Below, one piece after another: positions 1 through 12,166 of a stretch of 64,000 nucleotides of DNA. Under the pieces are notes generated by a model, which worked only from the letters and a program-made list of their open reading frames with translations, had not been told where the DNA came from and did not search any database. A program made the position numbers and the translations under genes. This stretch comes from Anolis carolinensis (lineage: Eukaryota). Where the stretch lies: NCBI RefSeq assembly GCF_035594765.1, contig NC_085842.1:9609256-9673255 (forward strand). The letters are read 5' to 3'. Positions within the stretch are counted from its first letter, which is position 1, and each line of letters starts with the position of its first letter.

Positions 1-994
1 TTCAACCTTGTTTTTCCTCCCAACCAGGCAGGCTAGTCTTTGCGTGTCTGAAGGCTCAGCTCTCTCTCTCTACGCTGCCTCTCCCAGCACACAAACAGCC
101 CCAGCCTCATTCATTCGCAAGATTGCGACATTTAATATCATGTGTTCTATGTTCTGTGCTTGTGAATGATTGGGGCTTGAGGTTTTTGTGCACAGGGAGA
201 GGCATAGAGCAGCCGTCAAACTCTGCCCCTCTCCTTCAAGTGGTAAGAGTGTCACTCATGGTAGTTTCACATCTGCAGAAATCTAGCTCTCTCCAATTGA
301 GTGCATCTTTTTGAAACACTCTGTATATTTATTTCATCCTAAATGTTAGAAAATCCCAAATTATCCGCAGCCACTTTCCTAAATTCTCATATGTGAAGAA
401 GTTGCAGCTCCCCTGTAAAAGGTGTGCAGAATTAGACAGGTATTGGAATCAGAGCTGAACAAAGGGACAGTCGACAGAATGATATTTCCAAGAAGTCTCA
501 GGATTTTGTAAGGGAAGACTACCCTCCAAAAAGCAGAGAACCTATAAATACCATCAGGAAACTGATAGTTGAGCATTCAGCTCACAACGAACAGAGCAAG
601 GAAGTGATCTGTAAAAAATCAAGAACTTCAGAAACAAAGATGCAGAGTCCAGTCTTTAAAATTACAAAAGGTTTATTTACAAAAAAAAACCTCCCTTTCT
701 AAATAGTAAAGGACTGAGTCTGAGCTGCTCTCTGTTTCCATCTCTTCTCGGGTTTAAAAGAGAGGGAAAAACTCCAAGCCCTACATCTCTCCTGACACAC
801 AAGCAGAGAGAGGTCTTAATACACACAGTACACACTGAGATATAAGTCAGAAATCTGAAGCAAAAGCATGCACCATTCTACAAAACCAATCAGAATGAGA
901 GAAAGAAACAGAGAGAACAAATAGATACATCCCAACTGTCAATCAGGAGACAAGTGGGAGGGATTCCTTCAGCCTATTCTGAAACTAGCTCACT

Positions 995-3198
995 GGAATC
1001 GATCGGAGATGGAAGAATGGAGTTCCCCCAAAGTTACGGAAGGTGCGCTAAAAGAGAGGAAAACGATGATAAAGTGTAACTGAAAACGTTAGTGAAGCTT
1101 TGTATGTTTGGTTTACGCAGTCCAGAGAAAAAGGATCTATTTTACAGCAAAAGGCGTTGCGTTTTCAAAAGGAATGTAATGAAGGGGATCCAGATTTTAC
1201 AGCAAGCATTGGTTGGCTCGACAAGTGGAAGAAACGTTATGGAATCCGTTAGCTAAGTGTTTGTGGTGAGAAGCTGTCATCAAATTATCAAGAAACGGAG
1301 GCATTCATGAAAAAAAATTCAAGAATTTATTGAAACTGAAAACCTAACGGGCGATCAGATGTTGAATTGTGACGAGACCGGCCTCAGTTGCAAAGTGTTA
1401 CCCGGTAGGAGTCTTGCAGCCAGAACTGAAGCAGCAGCCCCTGGCTAAAAGCACAGCAAAGAGAGGCTGACAATTTTAGCGTGCAGCAATGCTACCGCAA
1501 ACCACAAAATGGACCTTGCAATGATTGGGAAGCCCAAAAATCCAAGAGCCTTTAAAACAGTTTCAAAAAACGCTCTTCCTGTAAAATAGTACAATCAAAA
1601 AAGTGTGTTGCTGACCAGTGAAATTTTCAAAGATGATGATGATGATTACACTTTATTTATATTCCGCCCCATCTATTCGAGGGGACTCAGGGCGGATCAC
1701 AGTACACATACAAGGCAAACATTCAATGCCGTTTGGAGACAGGACAGAAAAGAATAAGACAAACAGAAGGAGGTATGTCGTCTTGAAGTCCAGTTTTTTG
1801 GTGCCTTGGAGGCTGATATTGCGCTCAGATTCAGTCACAGGGGTGCTGTTGCTTCATTCTCTATGACGGAGAGCTATCAGAACTTCCTCCTTCCAACTTC
1901 CTCTTTGTCACCACATTTCTGGTCTTGATGTTTATGATGTCGCAAAATACCTCCCCCGCAATGTATGGTACCTAATTTCTCTACTTACAGCTCATAGACT
2001 GTTTTCGAACTGCTTAGGTAAACAGTGAGCTGGGCTTGAGGTCGAGCGCTCACCCCCAACCGGGCTTCGAACTGGCCACCTTTCGGTTGGTAGATCTTAG
2101 TACTGCTGGTGATTTACCAGTTGTGCTACAGCCCAGCCCTAAGGAATTTGTTCCTTCCATGGATACATTTTTAAAAGAAAATGACCTGCCCAGAAATGCG
2201 GTTTTGTTGCTAGTTAATGCCCCGACATCCCCTGATGCAGAGGAGCTTCAAGAGGGGGACATGAAGGCGATGTTTCTTCCACATAATGTAACCGCCGTAT
2301 GACAACCGATGGATCTCGGCGTTTTGGAAACGCTCAAAAGGAACTATCGCAGGAAGCTATTGTCGGCAATGATAGAAGAAATAGAATAAGGGCAAGACAG
2401 GATTGAACCATTGAAACGCATTCCAGGTCTTCAAAGAAGTTGTTAGGCGAAGGTAAGGATGAGATTATGGGAAGGGAAAGCACAGGTGAAACCGAAGAAA
2501 GCATTCTACCCTTAATACGACGTGTCCCTGGGTGTGAGAATGTGTCTTCGCAAGAAGTTGGAAGTTGGATGAATGAAGACGATCAGTATGAAATAACGGA
2601 TGAAGAAATTGTTGCTCTTATCAGTAACGATGGCGACAAAAACTGATGATCAGGCATTAACTGTCAAGCCTCTCCGAATCTCGCACAAGGATAGGGTTAG
2701 AGTTCTAGAAACCGCAATCACACACATCGAGCAACAAGAAACGACAAGGATTGACAAAATGATGCTGCAAAGATGGCGAGACTTGGCAGCGGAGAAACAG
2801 CAGTTGTCAGAAAAGCAGGCAAGGATCACAGATTTTTAAAAAAATCTTCACAAGACTGAACTTTTTATGGATTTAACGTCCGACAGTGTTCGTTTATGCA
2901 ATTCTATATTTATAGTCAATTTTAGTAGTAAATACTTTTGTAGTCAATGCTTTCAATACATTGCGATGTTTTGGTGCTAAATTAGTAAATACAGTGATTT
3001 CTCCATAATGTTACCATGTATTGAACTGCTTTTTATGTCAATTTGTTGTAAAACATGATGTTTTGGTGCTTAATTTCTAAAATCATAATGTAATTTGACC
3101 TTTGATAGGCTTTTCCTTAATCCCTCCTTGTTATCCAACATTTTCACTTATCCAATGTTCTGCCAGCCAGTTTATGTTGGATAATCGAGACTCTGCTC
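995..3198 (+). mobile_element. 5'-truncated Tigger/pogo (Tc1/mariner superfamily) DNA transposon with pseudogenised transposase
   Basis: Manual translation gives a CENP-B-type HTH (EALYVWF...FTASIGWLDKWKKRYGI) and DDE_1 motifs (NCDETGL, KERLTILACSNA, FLPHNVTAV*QPMD), with stops and frameshifts. It ends in a degenerate TIR gttggataatcgagactctgctc followed by TA at 3199-3200. Confidence 0.85.
1631..2140 (-). mobile_element. Sauria-type tRNA-derived SINE inserted into the Tigger transposase
   Basis: The minus strand starts ggctgggctgtagcacaactggt (A-box-like) ... agttcgaagccc (B-box-like) and ends in a LINE-like tail plus (ATC)n. It interrupts the transposase between ...EIFKD and KEFVP... Confidence 0.8.
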
Positions 3199-3658
3199 TA
3201 CTCTGAAATTAGGTATGGGATCTTCTACGTTGGAGCGGAAAAATCCAACCTTAAGGGAGCATGGGAAGAGAGAACTGGGATTGGGGGAGAGAAAGAAAAA
3301 GGAGGGAAGGATGGTGAAATGGGTGGTAGTTGGTAAAGTCTAAAGCTAGAGAAAAAGGCAAGCATTTGGATGTGAAGGGAAAAGGCATCCATTCCCCAGA
3401 GAGAAGGAGACGGAATAAAAAACCGGGCTGGGCTGAGCAACAGGGAGCCTCAGGAGCGTATGTTACTCATCTCTCTCTTAGAGGCTCCAGGCAGACAACC
3501 AGGGTCCATCTTTACTGAACAAGGGGAGGGGAAAGGACAACATGCATATCTTTGTTTCTTCTAGGTCTATATTGTTTTAAGGATCATTTCAGTCCACTTC
3601 TTATCCCACTTCCTTATCACTCACACTGAGGAATGATTGTTTATGTTCTTCTTCACAG

Positions 3659-4764
3659 TAGATAACGGGGAGAAGAGCCATGTATGCACCAAGTACAGGA
3701 AGCATTTGGGACACAACTGGGCCTTTCGTCGAGACCAGCAAGCCCACAGAGAAGATGGAAGTTCTGCCAGAGAAAGGCCCGACAAATGCAATGTATGTGG
3801 GCAGTGTTTTACCCAAAATATGGCACTTGTGCTTCACAAGACACTCGATGTTGGGAAAAGCCATCTTAAAGGGAAAGTATCTGCAAAATGTGTGGTGAAA
3901 CACAAGAAATTTCACATGGGTCAGGAACCATACAGATGCCAAGAGTGTGGGAAGTGTTTTGCTTTCAGTTCAGCCTTGGTGAGGCTCAAAAGACACCACA
4001 CAGGAGAGAAGCCATACCAGTGCCAGGAGTGTGGGAAATGTTTTGCTTTCAGTTCAAACTTGATGAGGCACAAAAGACTCCACACAGGAGAGAAGCCATA
4101 CCAGTGCCAGGAGTGTGGGAAATGTTTTGCTTTCAGTTCAAACTTGGTGAGCCACAAAAGACTCCACACAGGAGAGAAGCCATACAAATGCCAGGAGTGT
4201 GGGAAATGTTTTGCTGACAGCTCAACCTTGGTGAAACAGAAAAGAGTCCACACGAGGGAGAAGCCATACAAATGTGAGGAGTGTGGGAAATGTTTTACTA
4301 CCAGTTCAGCCTTGGTGAGGCACAAAAGACTCCACACAGGAGAGAAGCCATACCAATGCCAGGAGTGTGGGAAATGTTTTACTGCCAGTTCAGACTTGGT
4401 GAAACACAAAAGACTCCACACAGGAGAGAAGCCATACCAATGCCAGGAGTGTGGGAAATGTTTTGCTTCCAGTTCAGCCTTGGTGAAACACAAAAGACTC
4501 CAAACAGGAGAGAAGCCATACCAATGCCAGGAGTGTTGGAAATGTTTTGCTTCCAGTTCAGCCTTGGTGAAACACAAAAGACTCCAAACAGGAGAGAAGC
4601 CATACCAATGCCAGGAGTGTGGGAAATGTTTTGCTTCCAGTTCAGCCTTGGTGAAACACAAAAGACTCCAAACAGGAGAGAAGCCATACAAATGCCATGA
4701 ATGTGGAAAATGTTTTACTCAGAGTTCATCTCTTAACCAGCACCAGAGAATACATACAGGCTAA
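3659..4764 (+). CDS. C2H2 zinc-finger gene, terminal exon (10 finger repeats, 5 canonical, plus degenerate N-terminal fingers)
   Basis: ORF 3637-4764 has CxxC-x12-HxxxH repeats with TGEKPY linkers. A pyrimidine-rich acceptor ttcttcttcacag ends at 3658 in phase 1. Upstream exons were not identified. Confidence 0.85.
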
Positions 4765-4925
4765 AAAACAGCCATTGTGGGAAAATGTCTGATTTCAAAC
4801 AGGACCCTTTGAGAAGTTCTGCGTCAGATTTGGTGGAGTCCCGTTCTTGTCATTTGAACCTGTAAGTTGGAGGTCCTGTTCTCTGGAGCAGCAGAAAGCA
4901 AGCTCTGTGTGACAATCCTTCAGAG

Positions 4926-5060
4926 CAGTGGTTCTCAACCTGTGGGTCCCCAGATGTTTTGGCCTTCAACTTCCATAAATCCTAACAGCTGGTAAACTGG
5001 CTCTGATTTCTGGGAGTTGTAGGCCAAAACACCCGGGCACCCACAGGTTGAGGACCACTG
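4926..5060. mobile_element. hAT MITE (palindromic, 135 bp)
   Basis: TIRs cagtggttctcaacctgtggg / cccacaggttgaggaccactg, with a perfect 8-bp TSD cttcagag at 4918-4925 and 5061-5068. Confidence 0.9.
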
Positions 5061-5309
5061 CTTCAGAGAGTTAAATATGATTGTCTTGTCCCCTCGCCTG
5101 AAAAGAAATAAACCATATGTGATTCCATCAGTTGTTCCTCTGGGATTAGTTTCCAGCTCCATTTCCACCTTGGTTGCAAATGTCCAGTTTGTGAACGTTG
5201 TTTCCCTACAGAAACATCCTCTGTTTTCCTCTTTAGTCAGGACTGGTCAGCTTGAATATTGTAAATAGCCGTTATGGGAGGGATCCAGAGTTACTCCTTC
5301 CCTTTCAGA

Positions 5310-5375
5310 CAGTGGCTCTCAACCAGTGGTCCACGGACTACCAGTGGTTCGCAAGAACTAAAATACGGTCTGCCT
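5310..5375 (+). mobile_element. hAT element 5' end fragment
   Basis: cagtggctctcaacc...gcaagaactaaaata matches the left end of the complete hAT at 50356. Confidence 0.6.
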
Positions 5376-5379
5376 TCTA

Positions 5380-6547
5380 ACCTTACCTTCCTTTGCTTTC
5401 TTTTCTCTTCCCCTTCCTCCCTTCCCTTCTCTTCCTTTGTCTTCTTTTCTCTTGCCCTTCCTTCCTTTTTCTCTTCTCTTCCCATATTTTCCTTTGCCTT
5501 ATTTTCTCTTCCCCTTCCTTCCCTTCCTTTGCCTTATTTTCTCTTGTCCTTCCTTCCTTTTTCTCTTCTCTTCCCATATATTCCTTTGCCTTATTTTCTC
5601 TTCCCCTTCTTTTCTCTTGTCCTTCCTTCCTTTTTCTCTTCTCTTCCCATCTTTTCCTTTGCCTTATTTTCTCTTCCCCTTCCTTCCTTCCCTTCCTTTG
5701 TCTTCTTTTCTCTTGTCCTTCCTTCCTTTTTCTCTTCTCTTCCCTTCCCTTCCTTTGTCTTCTTTTCTCTTGCCCTTCCTTCCTTCCCTTCCCTTCCTTT
5801 GCCTTCTTTTCTCTTGCCCTTCCTTCCTTTTTCTCTTCTCTTCCCATATTTTCCTTTGTCTTCTTTTCTCTTGCCCTTCCTTCCTTTTTCTTTTCTCTTC
5901 CCATATTTTCCTTTGCCTTATTTTCTCTTCCCCTTCCTTCCTTCCCTTCTCTTCCTTTGCCTTATTTTCTCTTGCCCTTCCTTCCCTTCTCTTCCTTCGT
6001 CTTCTTTTCTCTTGCCCTTCCTTCCTTTTTCTCTTCTCTTCCCATATTTTCCTTTGCCTTATTTTCTCTTCCCCTTCCTTCCTTCCCTTCCTTTGTCTTC
6101 TTTTCTCTTGTCCTTCCTTCCTTTTTCTCTTCTCTTCCCATCTTTTCCTTTGCCTTATTTTCTCTTCCCCTTCCTTCCTTCCTTCCCTTCCTTTGTCTTC
6201 TTTTCTCTTGTCCTTCCTTCCTTTTTCTCTTCTCTTCCCTTCCCTTCCTTTGTCTTCTTTTCTCTTCCCCTTCCTTCCTTCCCTTCCCTTCCTTTGCCTT
6301 CTTTTCTCTTGCCCTTCCTTCCTTTTTCTCTTCTCTTCCCATATTTTCCTTTGCCTTATTTTCTCTTCCCCTTCCTTCCTTCCCTTCCTTCGTCTTCTTT
6401 TCTCTTGTCCTTCCTTCCTTTTTCTCTTCTCTTCCCATATTTTCCTTTGCCTTATTTTCTCTTCCCCTTCCTTCCTTCCCTTCCCTTCCTTTGTCTTCTT
6501 TTCTCTTGCCCTTCCTTCCTTTTTCTCTTCTCTTCCCATCCTTTCCA
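5380..6547. repeat. Polypyrimidine/polypurine complex minisatellite (about 1.17 kb)
   Basis: Shuffled blocks such as ccttccttcctttttctcttctcttcccatattttcctttgccttattttctcttccc; the + strand is overwhelmingly C/T. Confidence 0.95.
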
Positions 6548-6549
6548 CT

Positions 6550-6850
6550 ACCGAGAAGGAAGGCCCTGTCTCTCATCCCTGCCAATCATGCCAGCAAAGA
6601 GGGCGGGATTGAGAGCAGGGCCTCTCCAGACGGTCTTAGACTCCGAGATGGTTCATAAGGGGAGAGACGTTTGGACAGGTAACCCATCCAACACAGGCTG
6701 TGACCCTGTGCCCTGTTTGGCCTTGCGACTGACAAGGAAGACCTCTGCGTACAGATGACATTGAACTCCAAAACTTCAGATGATTTCTCCCAACGGCTTC
6801 ATGTTGATGTTACACAGTGTGGGAGACAGTATTGAACCCTGCGGGGATTC
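6550..6850 (-). mobile_element. L2 LINE RT fragment
   Basis: The minus strand resembles the PQGSILSP.LFNI...YADD region of the L2 copies elsewhere in the window. Confidence 0.6.
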
Positions 6851-7609
6851 TGGCAAGGGATTCTGTTTTTCCTGCCTGGCAGAAGGGGGTTGGACTAGAT
6901 GGCCCTCGTGGTCTCTTCCAAATATACTATTCTGTGAATCTCTGATTTGGGTAAGAAGGCAAGGGCCTAGAGAGATGGGGAGTCCTCTCTCTGGATGACC
7001 CCAAAAAGGGGCTGGAGAGTGACCTGCAGAGGATGGTCTGGATGGTGATGCTGCTTGGAGAGAATGGGGCTGGACTCACGACCCACGGGATCAGTGGTTT
7101 CATGGCGAAAGAACACACATCTCCTCCTCCTCCTCCCAGTCAGTTTGGGTTGTGTGCTGAGGGGCTAATCATCTTCAGACCACGCAGGAATAAACCACCA
7201 AAGCACCCCCAACAGATGGTCATACCATCTCAGCTTAAAAACCTCCAAAGGAGACTCTTATGGACTCCCGATAGGAGTCTTACCTTCAGGAAATGCTTTC
7301 TGTTGTGTAGGTGAGGCCTGCACAACTAGTCAGTGTTAATGAGTGATGGAAGGAAAGGAGAAGCAGAGTAAAACACACACACAACACCCCTGCTAGACAG
7401 GCAGGTGAATTCAGTCCTCTCACGGCCTCCTCCAGCTATACAATGGGACAGACTGTCTCATAGGCAAGGAGTGGATTCCAACCCCCAAAACACGGCAGAG
7501 TCCTGGTCACAGTTTCACAGCCTCTGGCCTTGTAAAGTAGTTCGTCTCTTTGAATAAACACCCTTGAGTTCTGACTTTCATCCAAAGTCCTTGGAGATTT
7601 TATTCTTGA

Positions 7610-7769
7610 TTCTTCTACGTGGAGTCTGTGAAATACGCATATATGGGTTAAAACTGCGCCTGCGCAGACTTTCGGAACATTCTAGAGCTTCAAAAGAGAC
7701 AATTTGGCGGAAGCCCCGCCCATCTCCCCATAGACTATATAAGCCCGAAGGCAGGGCTTCGCCTCAGTT
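7610..7769 (+). repeat. DIRS left inverted terminal repeat (promoter: NRF1-like tgcgcctgcgca, GC box, TATATAA at 7736)
   Basis: Reverse complement of 13343-13470, with one mismatch seen in the shared core (ggcaggg vs ggcgggg). Confidence 0.92.
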
Positions 7770-7951
7770 CTTCTTTTCCGCCAGAAAGCGAGGACTGTAG
7801 GAACTTCTAGGGCTTATTTACCTCAGTGATTTACCTCAGAATTTAACGGTTTTTGACACGGACTGATTTGTGACTACGTCTTTATCTTCAATATTTACGG
7901 TTGTTCTTCACTCGGACTGCCTTTGGGCATCGTTTTGCAGTCAGGCCAGTA

Positions 7952-10143
7952 ATGTCTACTTTGTGTTTTAAAAAGTGTTGTGCCTGCGGCGGAAAACTCC
8001 CTGACTCGGATGGGCACTCTATGTGCCTCCTTTGTTTGGGAGAGACTCATAATCCCCAGACGTGTCCTATCTGCCAAGGTTTTACGCCGCAAGCTCGGAG
8101 AAATAGAGAGGCTCGCTTAAAGGCTACTCTCTATGAGCAAGCGCTGGCTCCGGAAGGGGCCCTGTTGGGCAAAAGACCTGCCTCTGAGCCACCATCCTTA
8201 CCGTCCTCTTCGGAGGCGAAGGAATTGCTCCTGCCCAGGGAGGAGTCTGTGGAAAGCCCTCAAAAGGGAGAGGGGCTGGCACAGAAAAAACCCAAGCTTT
8301 CCAAGCCCCATAAAGAGGCTAGGATGAAAGACGACCACAAGAAGCCTAAAAAAGGGAGGCAACTCTCTGGCTCTGAGCCCCAGAGTCCTCCGGATCGGAG
8401 TTCAATGGAAGCCCGTGCTCCTCGGGAGCCAGCCCCGCCTACTTCAGTGGAGGCAATGGAGGCGCCGCCTCAGCTTTCGCCTGCCGAAGCCACCCGTAGC
8501 TTAGAAAAGGAATGGGGCGGCAGCGCTATTGATCGCCCAGTGCGCGCTTCGGCGCCGATGTCAGGCTCGCCTCCCCCGCACGCCTCGGGCTCGACCACGC
8601 CTCCTCCCAAAGTCTCTCGGCGCCATCTATCGACGCCAGGGCAGCAGAGCATGCGCAGTGAGCATCGGGGCCGCAGTGATGTGAGGGCCTCTAGACGCCG
8701 CTCCCCTTCAGCTGAATCCTGGCGCTCGGTTTCGAGGAGTCCATCAAGGGTCTCCTCTGTCTCCCGATCTCGATCTCCTGGCTTAAGGTCCCGGTACCGT
8801 TACTCAGATTATTTTTATCCTTACCCTCCTCCTCCCCCTTTCCCTGGTTATGGTGGATATTTCCACCCTTATGATTTTTACCGGGACCAAAGTGACAGGG
8901 CCTTGTCGGGTTCGAGGCCTTCACCGGCGGGCCCTGTTATTAATCAACAACCACAAGCCTCTGTGTTAGCCCCAGCAGCTACCCCTATACCTGTGCCTTC
9001 TGTTCAACCTGAAAGGTCAATTTATCCCTGCCTAGTGAGGCCCCACTTCACCAATCTCCTAAGGGCCACTTGGAGGAAGAGGACCAGGATCATGCTGGAT
9101 CTGGCCAGGCAGGGGAAGGGGACCTAGTCCCTCCTCAGGGAGGTCCAGAACAGGATACACAACAGGCGGAGGAATTTCGCAATTTCTCAGCTCTGCTAAT
9201 CAGATTATCGAGGGCACTTAACTTGCCTACTCCTAAACCTGCCAATGTGGTGGAGGACCCATGTTTTACATCTTCTGAACAACGAGGTCCAGTGTCTGCA
9301 CCTCTCCCCACATTGCCGTACCTTTTAAAGATTATTAAAACCGAAGGAATTGCACCTTCTCTCGTGCCGGCTACACCTAGGAAGGCAGAGAATATGTATA
9401 AGATCTATCTATCTTCAGCTTCTTGGCTGGCGAAGCTGCCAAAGGCCAACTCTGTAGTAACTGATGCCCAGCCCAAGCCGGTCCAGAAAAATCAGGCCTC
9501 ACCTTCAGATAAGGAAGGCAAGAAGCTGGATACTATGGCTAAGCGTTTCTATTCTTCAGCCTGCCTGTTCGCTCGTATGGCTCATTATGGGGTCTACATG
9601 AGTGTATATCAGACCTTTTTATGGAACAGGCTTGGTCCTTTTTTGGATTCTCTGCCACAAGCTGACCAGACTCTGGCCAAAGCCTTTAAACATGAGGCCC
9701 TCCTTCTGGCAGGCCTGCAGAAGGAGTTGGCGAAGAACACAGCTGATGCCTCAGGCAAACTTCTTGCAGGAGCAGTTGCTTTGAGACGCCATGCGTGGCT
9801 GCGAGCTTCTACTCTTTCCCCGTCGAATCGCGCTCTAATTGAGGACTTACCTATGGATGAGGCTGGTCTTTTCAGTACGGATACAGACTCGCAGCTGGAA
9901 CACTCACACAAGATGAAGCAAACGCTTAATAAATATGGCCAGCATCCCTACCACCCATACCCTTATCAGCGCCAACGCTGGGGCTCCCAGTCGCAATACC
10001 AACATAGGCGATTTAGCCCTCCCTCATTCCGTGGTAGGCAACGACAACAGTCGTCAGCAACGGGAGGTAGGAGACCCCCTTTGCCTATCAGGAGTCAATT
10101 TCGTGGTACTAAGACCACTGACTCCAAGAAACGTCGTTTTTAG
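7952..10143 (+). CDS. DIRS ORF1 (gag-like; N-terminal Cys/His zinc-binding region, C-terminal LAP2alpha-like region), split by a -1 frameshift at about 9013-9124
   Basis: ATG 7952 gives MSTLCFKKCCACGGK..DGHSMCLLCLGETH..CPIC. ORFs 7901-9127 and 9070-10143 overlap in adjacent frames. Confidence 0.8.
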
Positions 10144-12166
10144 TACTGGTGCGACAGCGGATTCCGTGGCTGTCCCAGTTTCGCCCCCATCCTTGTTAAT
10201 CCCTGTTTTAGATTATCCTTGTTCCTTACCAGATGAGACCCAGTTCCCTATGGGGTCAACACCTTTCCCGTACTTAGATAGGCTCCAACCATATTTACAC
10301 GAATGGAGGCAAATAACAACAGATGCCTGGGTCCTTGATATTGTATCTAGGGGTTACGCCATTGAATTTTACGCCCTCCCTCCAGTGGGACGCATTTGTG
10401 TAACTCCAGCCTCCGTCACCCTGCTAGAGGAGGTATCTACTCTCCTAGACAAGGATGCAATATCTCCGGTGGCTCCGGACCAGGCAAGCTTCTGTTTCTT
10501 TTCCCGCTACTTTTTAATTTCAAAGCGGGGAGGCGGTCTTCGACCCATCCTGGACCTACGGATAATTAACTCTTTTATTAGACCGCGTAAGTTCTGTATG
10601 GTCACTCTCGCCTCCATTCTCCCCTTCATTAGGAAAGGGGCGTGGCTAGCAACAGTGGACCTTAAGGATGCCTATTTCCACATTTCTGTTAGAGAGAGTC
10701 ACCGCAGGTTCCTTAGTTTCGCGGTTGACGACTGTTTTTACTCTTTTAATGTTTTGCCATTTGGTTTGTCTACGGCCCCTAGGGTCTTCACTAAATGCAT
10801 GGCGGTAGTGGCAGCTCACCTTCGCCAGCACGCTGTTGTTGTCTTCCCGTATATTGATGATTGGCTGCTAGTTGCAGACTCCCGTGAACAGCTTGAATCT
10901 GATATTTGTTATACTCTATCTCTCTTGCAGGCCCTTGGCCTTATGGTCAATTTAGAAAAATCCTACCTTACCCCTACCCAATCTATTACATTCATCGGTA
11001 CCATCATAGACTCCAGAGCTCGAAGGGCCTACCTACCGGAGGACCGGTTCACCAACTTACGATCCCTGGTCAGGAACTTGCAAGATCGAGGTCACGCCTC
11101 AGCTTGGACCATCCAATCTATTCTAGGCCACATGGCTTCTACCACAGCCGTTACAGAATTCGCTCGGTTGAGGATCCGACTACTTCAGAGCTGGTTTCTT
11201 CGATCTTTCAACCCGCTTCACGAGTCTCAAAACAAGATGCTTTACCCCCCACAGCCAGTGTTATCTGCCCTATCATGGTGGACAAGGCGGTGCAATGTCC
11301 TCGCAGGACTGCCGTTCATTTCGCCGCGCCCAGCACTGACGCTTACAACGGACGCATCCTCTCTGGGATGGGGCGCACACTTGTTAGATCTGTCAATTCG
11401 ACGCAAATGGTCACCTCAAGAGCGGCGACTTCACATAAATGCATTGGAACTGCTGGCAGTGGAAAAGGCCCTGAAGTCTTTTTCTCGTCTGGTCAACAAG
11501 CAAGTTGTCCAGATCATAACGGACAACACGACGGTGAAATATTATATAAACAAACAAGGGGGTACGCGCTCTCAAACTCTCCTAGTCATCACTATACGGA
11601 TTTGGGAGTGGTGCATTCGAAGGCACATTCGCCTATTGGCAATCCACCTGCCAGGAAAAGAGAACACCTTAGCGGATGCCCTCAGCAGGGCGGAGTCAGA
11701 GACTCACGAGTGGCGTCTCCACGAGAGGGAGTTCAGATTCATCACCCGAAGGTGGGGGACTCCTCAGGTCGACCTCTTCGCATCTCCGGTGAACGCTCAT
11801 TGCCCACGCTTTTGCGCTCGAATGCACCCTCGCGCATTCCCCGGCTGCTTAGGAGACGCCTTCCTTTTCTCTTGGACGCCAGGCCTCCTCTACGCCTTCC
11901 CTCCACTTCCTCTTCTGACCAGAGTTGTTTCGCAAATCATTTCAGACAACGCGAATTGCATCCTAATAGCCCCGTGGTGGCCCCGCCAACCATGGTTTGC
12001 GCCGCTGCTCAGGGCGTCGGGCGGCGATTATGTTCGACTTCGATGCAGCGCCGACCTCCTCACAATTCAGGACGGCCTTGTCAGGCATCCCGAAGTGTCG
12101 TCCCTCCGACTAACAGCTTGGAGACTGAAACCACGGTCCACCTCTCTGACGCTGTCCGCCTCATAG
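9935..12166 (+). CDS. DIRS pol: reverse transcriptase - RNase H - adenine methyltransferase-like domain
   Basis: RT motifs LRPILDLR, DLKDAYFH, LPFGLSTAP, YIDD. RNase H motifs TDAS, INALELLAV, TDN, ADALSR. MTase-like motifs VDLFAS, DAF, YAFPP. The true start is uncertain. Confidence 0.93.
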   Translation: MASIPTTHTLISANAGAPSRNTNIGDLALPHSVVGNDNSRQQREVGDPLCLSGVNFVVLRPLTPRNVVFSTGATADSVAVPVSPPSLLIPVLDYPCSLPDETQFPMGSTPFPYLDRLQPYLHEWRQITTDAWVLDIVSRGYAIEFYALPPVGRICVTPASVTLLEEVSTLLDKDAISPVAPDQASFCFFSRYFLISKRGGGLRPILDLRIINSFIRPRKFCMVTLASILPFIRKGAWLATVDLKDAYFHISVRESHRRFLSFAVDDCFYSFNVLPFGLSTAPRVFTKCMAVVAAHLRQHAVVVFPYIDDWLLVADSREQLESDICYTLSLLQALGLMVNLEKSYLTPTQSITFIGTIIDSRARRAYLPEDRFTNLRSLVRNLQDRGHASAWTIQSILGHMASTTAVTEFARLRIRLLQSWFLRSFNPLHESQNKMLYPPQPVLSALSWWTRRCNVLAGLPFISPRPALTLTTDASSLGWGAHLLDLSIRRKWSPQERRLHINALELLAVEKALKSFSRLVNKQVVQIITDNTTVKYYINKQGGTRSQTLLVITIRIWEWCIRRHIRLLAIHLPGKENTLADALSRAESETHEWRLHEREFRFITRRWGTPQVDLFASPVNAHCPRFCARMHPRAFPGCLGDAFLFSWTPGLLYAFPPLPLLTRVVSQIISDNANCILIAPWWPRQPWFAPLLRASGGDYVRLRCSADLLTIQDGLVRHPEVSSLRLTAWRLKPRSTSLTLSAS

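Noticed and set aside
5274-6758. 200-490 aa F/L/P/S or K/R/E/G ORFs
   Set aside because: Low-complexity DNA that rarely forms stop codons.
7300-7609. LTR as the DIRS insertion target (and LTR-like 414-990)
   Set aside because: AATAAA and TG starts are suggestive, but I could not find matching termini with a TSD.
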